From assembly GCA_904063045.1 (NCBI GenBank), contig CAJFCJ010000019.1:1627700-1691699 (forward strand): a stretch of 64,000 nucleotides of DNA, read 5' to 3'. The stretch comes from Dimorphilus gyrociliatus. Its lineage: Eukaryota > Animalia > Annelida. Below, piece after piece: positions 1 to 12,693 of this stretch. Position 1 is the first letter of the stretch. Each line of letters begins with the position of its first letter. A model generated the notes under the pieces. The model made no database searches. It saw only the letters and a list, made by a program, of their open reading frames with translations, and was not told the origin of the DNA. A program made the translations under genes and the position numbers.

Positions 1-3000
1 ACAATACATTTTCCATCTTATAATCGCTAGAAATCTCACTCCAAAGTCAGATATATTAAATAACAAAGATTCATAAATTTTGTATATTTATATAAATATG
101 TATTCAATTATAATAAAACACTTATTAACAGGTTGTTTTATGTTTATGTATTATTTGGCTGATGGTATAAAAAATTGTGTTATTTCACTGCACAAAATAG
201 TGAATATCCTATCAATTTGTCTAATATTGCGCGTGTAAACACTTGTTAAAAGTGCTAACTTGATTATTCCAATAATGCACTGGCAAATCTATATATATAT
301 ATATATACATTAGAATATATATAAATAGTATATTTGATATATTCTTTTTTGTAGCTTTTTATTACTTTATTTTAAACTGTCAATCTGTCAATTTATTAGT
401 ACGAAATAGGAAATTCTATATATTTCAGTGTAATTTTTGTTGAATAAAGTCGGCTAAAAATGAAAAATAAAGCGCATTTATAATGTTTTTTTCCAAATGA
501 ATTGAAGTAAAAAGATGGAAGAAGGAATAAATGACATAGACATATTGCTAATATTTTTTTTAGGAACAGAACTATATGAAAGAAAGAAGCATGTGCTATG
601 TGGATAATCATTAGGAAAATTTGCTAATTAATATATATTAAAATAGATAAGAAAATTAATCTAATAATTATATATATTTATATATTAAATGATAAAGGAA
701 AAAGGTATATATATATATACTGTATATAGTGTTTTTCATCACTCACATCTTATTAATGCACATTATATATTTTTAAATTAAAAAAGCCGTTATAGATTTA
801 AATTCTATTTCCTTTAATTCCATTATACATGAACCAGAGATTAAAAAGTTAATCAATAAAAGAAAATCACGTCTTTATTTATAATTCAGATACAAGAGTA
901 TAATTATGATATAATAAACTTTCTCTTTATATATATATATATATATACTGTATATAAGGTAAGTTAGTATACTTTTATTATACATACTGTAAATATTTAT
1001 CTTTATATATTTATACTGTATATGTATATTTTTGTTCCTTTTTGAAAAGAGAAACCTATCGATTTACCGACTTCCTACCCTTTTATTAAGAAGTTTCTGA
1101 TTATTCAATAGATAATTTGATTGATCGAGAATATCTTGTAGAAATGGAAATCATATCAGTTGAAATTTTTTACCGCATCGATATAATGGAAATAGCGATA
1201 GTATAGAGTAAATTTTGTAGTAATTCAACTACGAATTTATTAGATAAACGCAAGTTAAATAGTTTAAGTCCTTACGGTACGAATTCCATTCAGGATCAAC
1301 TCGTAAACTACATAAAACGAAGATTGATAGGAAAATCGAATGAAACCGATAGTATGAATTAAGAGCCGCACGATTAACTCTGTGAGTTTCTTAGTAGTTC
1401 TTCAATTTCCGATAGAAAAAACTTTAACTTTCATCTTTAGACAGTAAAGGGCGCGTGGAAAAAGAGATTTGCGATAATCCCAATCTCTAATCTCTAAGCT
1501 AAATTTATAGATATATATATATATATACAGTCAACATCTTACATTCTATATATAGTAAATATGGATATCCATTATAGCTGTAGTGCATTATTGAATTTTT
1601 TTAACTGATTTTGTTAGGTAATATTCTTTGTATTATTATTACAACTGCCAGTAATCCTTGTAACAATGATACTATTGAACAAATTAACACCTGAGTTCTT
1701 CTGACTCTCGTAAGGATGCTTTTTATAGCTGGATTCCTAAAGTTATGGATGGATTATAGCAAATGCAAATAATTACAAACTTATTAGGTCTACATCCATT
1801 TGATCAGTAAAAGCGTTATCAAAAATTGCGCACGAAAACGATCTATTTGGCCGACATAATATGGGGAAAAGAGCCGTCAGCTTTATTATATGCTGACATA
1901 CAAGCATTTTTACTATTATTGTTTTTGAAAAATTCGCTTTCTTTTCTATGTAATAGAAAGACGTCCCCTTGAATTGTAAAATCAGCGTCAGCCAATAGAC
2001 TTTTTCTAATGAGAGTCAAGCGAACGATGCAAGTTTGCTATTGAGGCGGCGCAACGGTGCTCTGCAAAAGTTCTCTATTTGCTTTTCGTTCTCGTCCGGA
2101 AAAGGTTCGTTCTATTATTGTTTGTATATTTGTCTAAAGTAAGATTCGTACCATTGGAGATTTTCATTCCTTGCTCTCAAATTGTTAAGTATAAAGATAA
2201 TTTATATTCCGTTTGAATTATTTGAAATAAGCCAGCATGTATGTTTTGTATAACTACTTTTTTATTATCTCTTATTTGTTTATTTGCACGGATGATCTTC
2301 AAAGCAGTTTGATACTATCGCATAAAACGAGAATAGATTTTTTTAGCATTTTGGAGGCTGTGTCCTCTCTACTACGAATTTTTTAGTACTTTTTATACAA
2401 TCACTTAAATTAATATCTCTTAGAATATTGAAACTTTCCCTTTCATATTAATATTCCCATCTTTTGTTAGTATATCATCCTTTCTCTATTTCATTTCAAT
2501 TTTCTCCTACTCTTTCCTTTATTCGTTTGGTTTTCATTCGAAAAGAAAAATAGTCTAATAAGATATAAAATTATAGAGAAAAAAGGATCGATTGTTTCCT
2601 TTAGTAAATGGAAAAAGGTCGTTTTTCACTAGATTTTACTCTTGAAAAATTTATGTTTGATATTCTCTGTTCTTTTCATCATTTTGTTTGCCTAAGATCT
2701 GAAACATAGTTGATAATAACTCAAACATGCAATCTATGTAAGAATATACATTTTTCTCTCTGTCTCTCTCTCTGTCTATCTCTCTCTCTCTCTTTCTCTC
2801 TTTCTCTCTTTCCTACTAAAGCTATTTTCAGAAGTGCAATAATAGGCCCAGTGATAGAAGGATTCATTACAGAACGTTTTTTTCTCATAAAGTAATTTAA
2901 TAAAGTAATAAAATAGACAATAAAAAAATACAAGACTTACAAGAGAAAAAGAATTCTAAAATATAAAATCAGCTCCTTGAATCATGTAAAAAATAAAATA

Positions 3001-3670
3001 TTCAATAACAATCCTAAATTATAATCTTAAACCTATGTTAATTCGACAGACGTAGAAACGAGCTCTAAGATATTTCATTAGGAATTAAGATTTTTCCTTA
3101 ATACCACTCTGCTTCTCAAGGAAAAGGATACTTAATAAGCATAAAAAATTATTAAGTAATGAATAATACGCAATCTTTAAAATTAAAATATTGATAGTAT
3201 ATTCTTTCAGGAAAACTAAAGAAAAAAACAAACGCAAAGTGGGCTTTAACGTAACGTTATATACAAATGCATATACAAGTATATGTATCAACATAATATA
3301 TTTCTAAGACATATACATTTAATCGGCTTTTGTACGGTATTATCTATAATATTCTCTTGTTAAATAGTAGATTAAAGGTATTTGTTAACTCTTCTTCGAT
3401 CGTCTCAACGAGGTTATTGATAGGATATACTTATCCTATGAATTTTCTATTTATACTAATATAATGCGTATATATTGTATAGTTTATACAAAATACCTAT
3501 GTACATTCTTTATTTGAAATTTTCTTTGTATAATTTTTCCATTTGAGAGAGGAGGAAGGCAGAGAGAAAGAAAACAAATGAAACAAAACGAAAGAGATTA
3601 GCCAGAGAGAATAGGAATAAAGAAATAAGAAAACTTAAAATATGGTCATAGGTATTTTCCTAGAATAGAT

Positions 3671-5138
3671 ATGCACTTAATATCAATCGGATTCCTTATT
3701 TTGAAATATTCCGCTGAATCTTTGATAAAAAATTGCCCTTTCTGTCTGAAAGGAGAGTGTAGTAAGGATAAAATCGGGTGTAAATATGGCTGCTTACCAG
3801 GTTTTTTTCTTAAGAGCAATAATTTATGCTTCAAATGCCCTAAACATAAATATGGTATTAACTGTGAAGGTGACTGCATCAGCTTAGGAATTGAATGTCA
3901 TAAATCGTGCAATCCAGTAGATGGAACTTGCCGCAACTGCCGTAACAATAGTACCAAACGGGATAGGAGGCAGGAACTGATTCTTTGCTTTGCCTATCTT
4001 ATAGCTAAAAAAAAAGCAATATTAACCCTTTTTATTAAAATATATGTTTGCAATGTAATACCGAGTTCCTACATAGATTAAATAAGGTTTTTTAGCATCA
4101 GTTCCTGTCCCCAGATGTGGAGTTTGCCCACCTTTTACTCATTTAGTGAATGGTAGATGTAAAACTTGCTCAAATTGTTATTTTGATTGCAATCCAAGAA
4201 CGGGAGTTTGTCTTGGTAAGGATAACCTTTATCGCTGTAAAGCGGGTTTTTTGGGTCTCAGGTGCAATAGAAAGTGTAAAAAGGGCTTATTCGGAATACA
4301 CTGCGAACAATCGTGTAAAAATAGAGCTTGTAGCGGTGGTTTGAAAAACTGCTTAAGTACCAACGGTAGCTGTAAAATTGGCTGTGCTCATCCAAAGCTT
4401 TCAGGGCCTTATTGCGAATGCGATGAACTCTGCGGTAAAGAGAAGAAAGGTGGTTGTTCTTGTATATATCAGCGGCAGTCAAATTTATTATACGTAGTTG
4501 TCACGACAACCCTATCAGTTGTCGTAACCATCACTTCTATTTTATTATTAGCCCTTGCCATTTTCAAAATTAAACACTGGAGAATTATGAAAAGATTAGA
4601 ATTAGAGAAAGTTAACTTGGCACTTGATAATCCGAAAGGATCATTTAACTCATCTATTTCGTCAAAGTCATCCTTAATCGATTACGTAAGGCCGAAAAGC
4701 TTTGTTGATCCTACGGGGCAGCCGACTCGTGATCGACTGGCTGATAAATATTTGGAGGCCAACACTATAGGTCGAACAGGAGATATTCAAATTGAAAAGG
4801 TCGAAGTAAGAACAATAGAATACGAAAACCTAAATAAGAGAAATAAATCTATGAGGCGTTTAGAACTATCTTCCTCTTCAGATGAGGATTTTGTAGATGA
4901 TAAAAATATAAGGCAATACAGAACGACTCAAGAGACAGCCGTTGATGAGGATGGTCCCGACATCGATACAGATGGTAAGACCCTTGTTACAAGAATGCTT
5001 GAGCGCCATTATAATATGGAATCTGGAAATTATCCAACTCACGCTGTTGATTTTGATATAACCGACCTTATGAATCCAATTAAAATTGGATATATACCTA
5101 AAAAAAGTATATTGAAAAGAGCGCTAAGAATAAACTAA
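3671..5138 (+). CDS. EGF/laminin-EGF-like repeat type I membrane protein (MEGF10/SCARF/Draper-like, few repeats), 2 exons
   Basis: Hydrophobic N-terminus MHLISIGFLILKYS; Cys-rich motifs CLPGFF, CPKHKYGINCEGDC, CNPVDGTC, CKAGFLGLRCNRKCKKGLFGIHCEQSC. Phase-1 intron from gt at 3942 or 3951 to ttttttAG 4095 joins the two ORF-track ORFs. TM helix LLYVVVTTTLSVVVTITSILLLALAIF, long cytoplasmic tail. Confidence 0.75.
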
Positions 5139-5554
5139 TGAATCGTAAATATAAACGGAATAATAATAGAACTTAGAGGAAAGAAGAAAAGAAAAAAAAA
5201 CACTTGTTAATATTAATAAGATCAATCAAAACTTCATTGTTTATTCTTTTTTCACCAAAGAATATCGTGACTTAAAAGGTTGTCTATTTAAACACTAAAA
5301 AGCACTTGATGTTTATTAATTATGTTAAGGACCTCTTTCTATTATTTATAGTGTGTTTTTATTCACTTTTTTGCATTCAATAATCCCTTCCGTCTATTTT
5401 CCTTTGATGTTGTTTTAGAGTTGAATTTTGATAAGCAGGTTTTATGTATCAACTTTTCTAGCTACCCGGTATTCAACCAACGCCAACGATTTTACTCCGC
5501 CTCATTGCACTGGCTTCCTCCCTTGGGTAGAAAAACTCCAAATCTACACGGAGA

Positions 5555-6589
5555 ATGAATCAAGCATCAAAAGGAGAGCAAGAGGCGATCAGTACCCTCT
5601 GGCTAGTATCTGGACCTGTTCTTTTAATAGCTGGAGTTATTGGTCACTCTATTGCCATTGTTATCTTACGCTCTAAAAGATTTTCTCGACAAAGTTTATC
5701 GCTCGCCCTGCTAGTACTATCGGCCACGGATTTAGCTGTTCTTCTCATCGGTGTAAATCGTTATATTCTTTTGGTTATAGGAATCGGAGATATTCGGGAT
5801 AAATTCGATGCAATATGTCGTATTCATACATTTCTGGAATATTGGCTTTGCCAATTGTCGGCCTGGATTTTAGTAGTCATGACCGGAATGCGACTTACTT
5901 CGATTTTGAATCCCATTAAGTCAAACGTCATTTTCACTCAGTGCAAAGTAAAATTGATATTATTAGCAGTATTCGTCATAACACTCATAACAAATCTGCA
6001 TCACCTGTTTCTGCAAAATATAGAGATGTTTCCAAACAATGGATCTAACGCTAATTCTACCTTTCACCCCGGATGTACCATTAAAGATCCCTATATCGAA
6101 GATATATTATACAAAATCGATTGGATATTTAGTTGTATCATTCCATTTTGCGTAATATTGGTTGGTAACGTAACTATTGGTATTCGATTATGGTATATTA
6201 AATACGTTGGCGATAAAGCTTTGCAGAAACATATGAAAGGAGATTATCAGAATTTTTTATCAATAACTATTATGCTGATGACAGTCAGTTTGGCTTTTAT
6301 TTTACTCACCGGGCCTTTGTTAATATACCAAACAGAATATGTAAAATTTTCAAGGCTTGATTGGCCAAATTTTACTTTCCATTCTCTACAAACTATATAC
6401 TATCTCAATTACGTTATAGACTTTTATTTATATTGTATTGCCGGTTCCAATTTCCGAATGGCATTAATGCAGCTCCTATTCAAAAGAAAGAGCAAGCCTT
6501 GCAAGAAGAGTATGGGCCATGAATTAACAGCTCTAACATCAACCCCACCAAACGCTCACAAACTCTCCAACACTGACGACATTTATTAA
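5555..6589 (+). CDS. Intronless rhodopsin-like (class A) GPCR, FMRFamide/myosuppressin-receptor-like orphan
   Basis: Seven hydrophobic segments; TM2 LSATDL, ECL1/TM3 DAICRIH, TM3 MTGMRL, TM5 WIFSCIIPF, TM6 FILLTGP, TM7/helix 8 IDFYLYCIAGSNFR. Confidence 0.92.
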   Translation: MNQASKGEQEAISTLWLVSGPVLLIAGVIGHSIAIVILRSKRFSRQSLSLALLVLSATDLAVLLIGVNRYILLVIGIGDIRDKFDAICRIHTFLEYWLCQLSAWILVVMTGMRLTSILNPIKSNVIFTQCKVKLILLAVFVITLITNLHHLFLQNIEMFPNNGSNANSTFHPGCTIKDPYIEDILYKIDWIFSCIIPFCVILVGNVTIGIRLWYIKYVGDKALQKHMKGDYQNFLSITIMLMTVSLAFILLTGPLLIYQTEYVKFSRLDWPNFTFHSLQTIYYLNYVIDFYLYCIAGSNFRMALMQLLFKRKSKPCKKSMGHELTALTSTPPNAHKLSNTDDIY

Positions 6590-7560
6590 AATCAAAGCTA
6601 ATATGAAGTTTCAATTTAATTTGGCCACCAAACTTTTATTCTTTCTTCTTATCATAATGCATCTTAAAGTCTATCTATTTAATTCTTTTCTCCGTGTAGT
6701 ATTTCAAAGTCACCATACATCTATACAGTATATACATCTGTGTATGCAATAGAAATGAAAGAAATCATTATAACAGGATTAACCTTCATACAAATAGGGT
6801 CATTGACCCGGAAAAGCCTGTCTTTAATTATTTTTCTTTATTTTTTATACCTCTCAAATCATATATTTATGTTTTATTAATAGTTAATGTTTTGATTTAT
6901 TAGTTATTAAATTTTAATAAAACTGCAATTAAGAAAGAAAAATCTATTGTATATAGTTAAGTGTATAATAAACAAACTGTAGCTAATACAAGAGCAGGAG
7001 AGACGGAGAGGGGGGAGGGACAGTGGGGGACAAAAAAACAAAAGACAGTTAGCTTTGGATAAATATTTAATGAATAAATAACTTTTATGTAACATTCTAT
7101 TGATTAAATAAGCCTTAGAAAATTGTAATAATCTCTAATTAATTTATTAGATTCAGAAAAGATGAGGAAAATAAATGCCAAACTCTTTTTTCATGGCAGA
7201 CTTTTCAATTAGTCTAAAAGTTTCCAACACTAAGATTTTGAGTTTTTAGCCATTTAAGTCAATATAATGCAATCACGAAATGTATTTATGTGCTTCTCTT
7301 GCCTGTTAGCCACGCCTATAAAAGCATAAATCAAATGGTTCAAATAAACAATCAAACGCGCCAAAATTAAATAGAGTGGTATGGTAATCCATACTGCCTA
7401 TTAACGATAAACAAAAAGTCCAAGACCCTTTTTCGAGATAATACTCGTCAAGACTGTAACTTGACAACCTTAATGGTTATATATCAAATCATATATTTCT
7501 CTCAGACCCCCTATAAACCAATTTTTCTTGGAAAGTTCTAAATTGTACCATATATTCTTC

Positions 7561-7574
7561 GTTGCTATGGTTGC
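7561..7574 (+). promoter_or_regulatory. Candidate RFX X-box upstream of TTC41-like gene
   Basis: GTTGCTATGGTTGC (reverse GCAACCATAGCAAC), one mismatch from GTAACCATAGCAAC-type X-box, about 40 bp before the ATG. Confidence 0.5.
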
Positions 7575-7614
7575 ATTAACATTAGGCCTATGAAATAAGT
7601 TTTCCTTACGTCGA

Positions 7615-10600
7615 ATGGATTTTTCGGTGAGGGGAACCGTTAAACCGTATTTAAGTTCGACAGTTGAGGATTTCCAGGTAAATTCTTAAGAAATCCTTTT
7701 ATTTATCATCTTTATATTCGAAATCATTATTCAGGAGGAGAGAAATTATTTAAATGAAAAAATATGGCCTAGACTACAGTATTTCTGTTCGGCGAGGGGA
7801 ACCACTTTTGAAGCGATTGATTTCCAATCAAAAAAACACGACAGAACTGTTGAACTATGTTTATACAATATTATAAAGTCATCACCATTCTTTATATCAT
7901 TAATAGGAGAAAGATACGGTGATATTCCAGCAAATTCAAAATGGTTACGAAATTCAATCAACCAAGCAGTAAAATCAGGATATGCCTGGCTAAAAGACAA
8001 ACCAAATTTACAATCGTCTTTAATTGAACTAGAGTTAACACAGGCAGTATTTTTAGGGGAATGTGAAAACTCACTTTTCTATTTTCGTAAGGCTGGGCAC
8101 GTCGAATTAAAAAATCTCAGCGATGATGAAAGAATGATATACGAAAGTTCGTCAGAAAACGAAAGGCAACGAGCTCATAATCTTAAATCAAAAGTATAAT
8201 TAATTATTATTTATTAATATTTATATTGTATTTCTCAGTTGTACCTATGTTTTTTCCCTTCAATAGATTATAAATAAAGGCTTAAAGGTTAAATATTATA
8301 CAACACCTGAGGAGCTTGGAGAACTAATTTACGATGATCTTACAAAGGTCATTGATTCTCTATATCCGTTATTATCTAAACCCTTCGATAATTTGCAAAA
8401 AGAGGATTATCTACAGAAGACATTTGCTCTAAATAGGCAGAAACTTTTTATAAAAACTCCTCAAATTGAAGAAATTACAGACAAATTGAATAAATTTATC
8501 AAAGGTTATTACACCGATAAGTATGTTGACTAAGATGTAGATTTTTAAACGTCTATCAATAAATGTAATCTAATGTTTTGCAACGGTTAAATAGGAATCT
8601 TCTTCTTCTCTGCGGAGAGAGAGGTTGCGGCAAGTCATCTTTAATTGCCTATTGGCTGGAGTCTCTTGATGAGGACAACTGTCTATACTTAGAGAATGGA
8701 GCGAATGTCTTCTATCATTTCGCATCTTGTAGCTACGATAGTTCAAATATCTTGCGAATGCTTGACAGAATTTCAACCATCTTACAAAATCACTTTATAG
8801 GTACTTCCGATGCCGTTCAAATACCAAGAGAAACAAGAAGTTTACCTGAATACGAGCATTCTAAACAAGTATTTGAAGCTTCATTAAATCTTGGTCCATG
8901 CCTAGTAATAATAGATGGCATTGATGAATTAAGGACTAGTTCCAACTTAGATAGCTCAATTGTCCGAACTATTTCATGGCTTCCAGAGGCTATTCCCTCC
9001 TTCTGTAAATTGATTCTTGTTACTTCAACATCGGATTGTACTTGTGGTGTATTGAGATCTCGTTTAGACACTTTAGAAGTTAATTTTCCGGGCATTCTTA
9101 GTAAAAGACATCAGAGGAAAATACTGGAATTGTACCAGCCAAAAATAAATCCAAATAGTCTAAGCAAAATTTTCAATAATCGCATGGCTGCAAGCCCTCT
9201 CTTTTTAACAGTAATTGGACGAGAATTACGAAAATTTTATAATAAAGATAATACGGATGATTTAATCGAAGCTTTTTGCGAGGCGAGAACAATGAGAGAC
9301 TTGTGGGCAGAAATATTAAAAAGATGGATAAAAGAAATTAGTTGGTCCCCAAAACCCCTAACTCCTACAAATCTCTTCCAATTAGATTTAGAACAAGATT
9401 CTACTGATAAAACTTCTGACTGGCTTTCGGATCTGCTTTCTCTTCTTGTTGTCTCTAGAGACGGCCTTGAGAAACGGTTGATTTTTAGAGTTTTACAAAG
9501 TATGAATTACGTCCAACACGCTCAGGTGACTGAATTCGATTATGCTTTATTTGTTTGGTTGACTGAAGATTCTATTCTTCAATCGCCAGTTGAAATGACT
9601 TATCAGTACTTTCATGCTTTTATGAAAGAATCAATGGAGCACATCATAATAGGTAAGCTAAGCCTTTGATTGCGATTACATTTAAATGACTCAAAGAATC
9701 CTGTTAGAGAACAAACGTGATAGAATTAAGTATATGAATCAGTTAATCATATAGTTGCCAGTCCTACTTTATCAATGCTATCACACAAAAAAATTCAATG
9801 AGATGTCTTCTAAATAATGAAATTAATTAAGATAGCTTTTAAATAAAGTGATAAACTTCAGATACAAAAGAGAGAGACATCGTAACTAAGCAGGCGATTT
9901 TCTCTATGAATAATGTAACGGATCTCACAACTCCTGGGGGTATAATAAATTAGAATGTAGTTTATTAAATGTGATTCATTTCTACATATATGTACTTATC
10001 TATATTTCTTTCAATCATTCAATTATATATTTTGTATTTATTATTTTTTTTAAATCATTAGACCTTTATTTAATTTATAAATCGTCTTTATCACTCCTCT
10101 CGGCATCTTTTACTCCTGCATCTATGTGTGATTCTGAGTACCATTTTACTTTTACTCTATCCTTTTACTTTCATTTCGACTCCTTTCTTTTTTTTTCACC
10201 TTTAAGGAGAGCTTTTTAGTCCTTGATCGGCTACAAATGTTTTTTTACTTTTATTTATTTTACTCTATGCAATTTGATTAATTTTATCATTTATATTAAA
10301 AAAAATATGTTGTATAGGAAGCATTTCATCTCAAAGAGGTAATTCGGCACCACCTAGCGGATTGAGATTGGAACTTGTTCAAAATTTAATAACAAACTTG
10401 AAAGAAGATGATCTATTAAACACTGAAAGCCGTTATATTAGAGAATGTTCACATCAGCTAAGATTATGCAAAAAATGGAAAGAATTGACTGAATTATTGA
10501 CGAATCATAAGTGCGTTAAGATAGAAAATGAAATACTAATACATTTCCAATAATTTCATTTTTTCTACCTATAGAGTATGCGAAATCTATGTTCATCAAA

Positions 10601-12345
10601 TAGAAGAATATAAAAATTACTTGATACAACCAATTGAAAAAGATAGAGAATTAGCCGAAAATGGCTTAGTCAATTGTCTCATCAATTTTGAGAAAGATCA
10701 ACCTTGTAACGATCGAGAAAACTTAATATATAAAACCAGCTTTATGATAAAGGTATGGTTATAATTCAATTTTATAGTAAAGAAAAACTATAGGTTCTGT
10801 AAGAATTTACTACGAAAATAACTAATTGAGTTTTAAATGTCAAATATTTCAGATATGCAAATGTTTTATCCATTTTGCATTCTACAAACGAGCCGAAAAT
10901 TACTTATTGACTATTTATAATCAATTATACGAAAGATCGTCCTTTGGCGAACATTTAGTTTTGTCCTCACGGGCTGATGTTGAATACGAATTAGCTGAAC
11001 TATATGATCAGTTAAACAATAAAAGTTCCGCCATTAAATGGTATAATCAATTAACGTCAACCACCTATGATCTTTTGATGGGTAGATCGAATTTTGATTT
11101 GACCTTGTCGCAAGTAAATAAATTTAAAAATTTTCAAGGTAGTATCGTTATTACTTTTCAAACCTTAGTCAATATTAAAATAATACTGTTTTCTTTTTTG
11201 AAATTTAACAGCAACAGCTTATTTAAACATAGTCGATAATTCAATTGGAGATGCAACAACTGCGTCTAATCAAGATAAAATACTTAATTTACTAAAAAAA
11301 GCCGAGAAGATCGTTGAAAACAATGAAGATTTAATCACTAAAGCAAGATATTTTTCTATTTCTGGAAGATTTAGGTATGTCTTCAAAATAAAAAGCATCT
11401 TAAGTAGCGTTACTCAATTAGCAAAAAAAAACAGTTTGAAATTGGGACAGATTGAGGAAGCTTTCAAATATTTAAGCGAGTCCTTAGCAATTAGAGAGAG
11501 GTGTTATGGTAAAAGTCATCCCATAGTTGCTGAATCTTTAGAAAGACTAGCCATTGTTGTAAGCAATCCCTATCTAACCCAGTAAGTAAAAAATAAACTT
11601 TTTTCGTCTAATACTATACTAAACTTACACTATTTATAGATATAACAGATTTGAATCAATGAAATTGTATGAGAGGGCAATAATTATTAGAGAAAAGTCT
11701 TTGGGAAAAGAGCATTTATCCATAGCTGATTCATTGCATCAATTGGCGTTAGTTGTGAAAAAAGATCATTCAAAGTCAGCTAATCAAAAGTGTTCTGAGT
11801 ACTTAAAAAGGGCAATGGATATAAGGAATACTAAACTTGGTCCTAAACATCCCTCATCTCGTTTGCTATTAAGAGATTTAACCGAAATGGAAAACAGAAA
11901 AAAGAAAACAACTCGTACCGATCAAAGGACACATATTAGGATGTTTAGTAATTTAAGCTGGCGAGAGGTTGATTTGTTCAAATTAGATCAAAGAGTTTTA
12001 CAATCTCGTTTAAGCATGGTAGATGATTCTAGACCAAAGTCTGCTGGTTTTAAATATTTAACACTAAACGATACACTCACTCCTCGCTCACCACGTCCTA
12101 AATCAGCTGCTCCGATTATCAGGGATGACAAATCTATCACAAGTGGACCTGCCACGAGTATCTATCGTGTTTTAGATGAATACAAATTAAGTACGGGACT
12201 TCGCCTCAGAAAAAAAGAAGAGTTTATTCATAAGTCTGCTTGGTTTCATGTCCCAGGTCGATATCCGACAGTACGTAAGCCCTTTCCACCGAAAAGAATT
12301 CAAATAATGAACAGACTTGTATCAAAGGGTAATGATTTTAGATAG
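7615..12345 (+). CDS. TTC41: DUF4062-like + NACHT/STAND NTPase + TPR protein, TTC41 (nephrocystin-3 related)-like, multi-exon
   Basis: Exon 1 MDFSVRGTVKPYLSSTVEDFQ (ATG 7615, donor 7678) joins EERNYLNEKIWPRLQYFCSARGTTFEAIDF and SPFFISLIGERYG. Walker A GERGCGKS, Walker B LVIIDGIDEL. C-terminal TPRs (ESLAIRERCYGKSHPIVAESL; ERAIIIREKSLGKEHLSIADSLHQLA). The orthology call is from memory. Confidence 0.7.
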
Positions 12346-12693
12346 AATTAAGCGTAATAAAATAAATTATCTTGACATTTAAACAACCATTGTCTGATGC
12401 AGAAGAAATTTTATTGGTATTTTTTAGTTCTATACTTATATCCTTTCATGTACATCTAAACGTTACGAAACAATAATGGCTTAAATCGTAATACATATGC
12501 ACAAAAGAGTTTCCTGCATTTATTACTTATCGACACTGCCCCAATTATAAAATAAAACTATGTACAGACAAATCAAAATATTCATAACCAATGTACGAAA
12601 ATTCACTTCATGCTAACTTATTTGTAAAACCAACGTCGTTTACACTTGACAATATTGTACTGTCTTGGTCCTTTTTACCACCTTACTGCCTTC

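Noticed and set aside
1207-1362. Open frame NSTTNLLDKRKLNSLSPYG...IKRRLIGK with dibasic sites, and a nearby YSIDNL eh1-like string
   Set aside because: I could not build a start or consistent splice path; too short to support a neuropeptide or transcription-factor call.
1526-1536. (TA)n-CAGTCAAC as a possible left TIR matching GTTGACTGTA at about 32053
   Set aside because: The partner is 30 kb away and is simply a CCNC splice acceptor; coincidental.
2710-2933. ORFs with LSLSLS or RERERE runs
   Set aside because: Translations of a (CT)n microsatellite.
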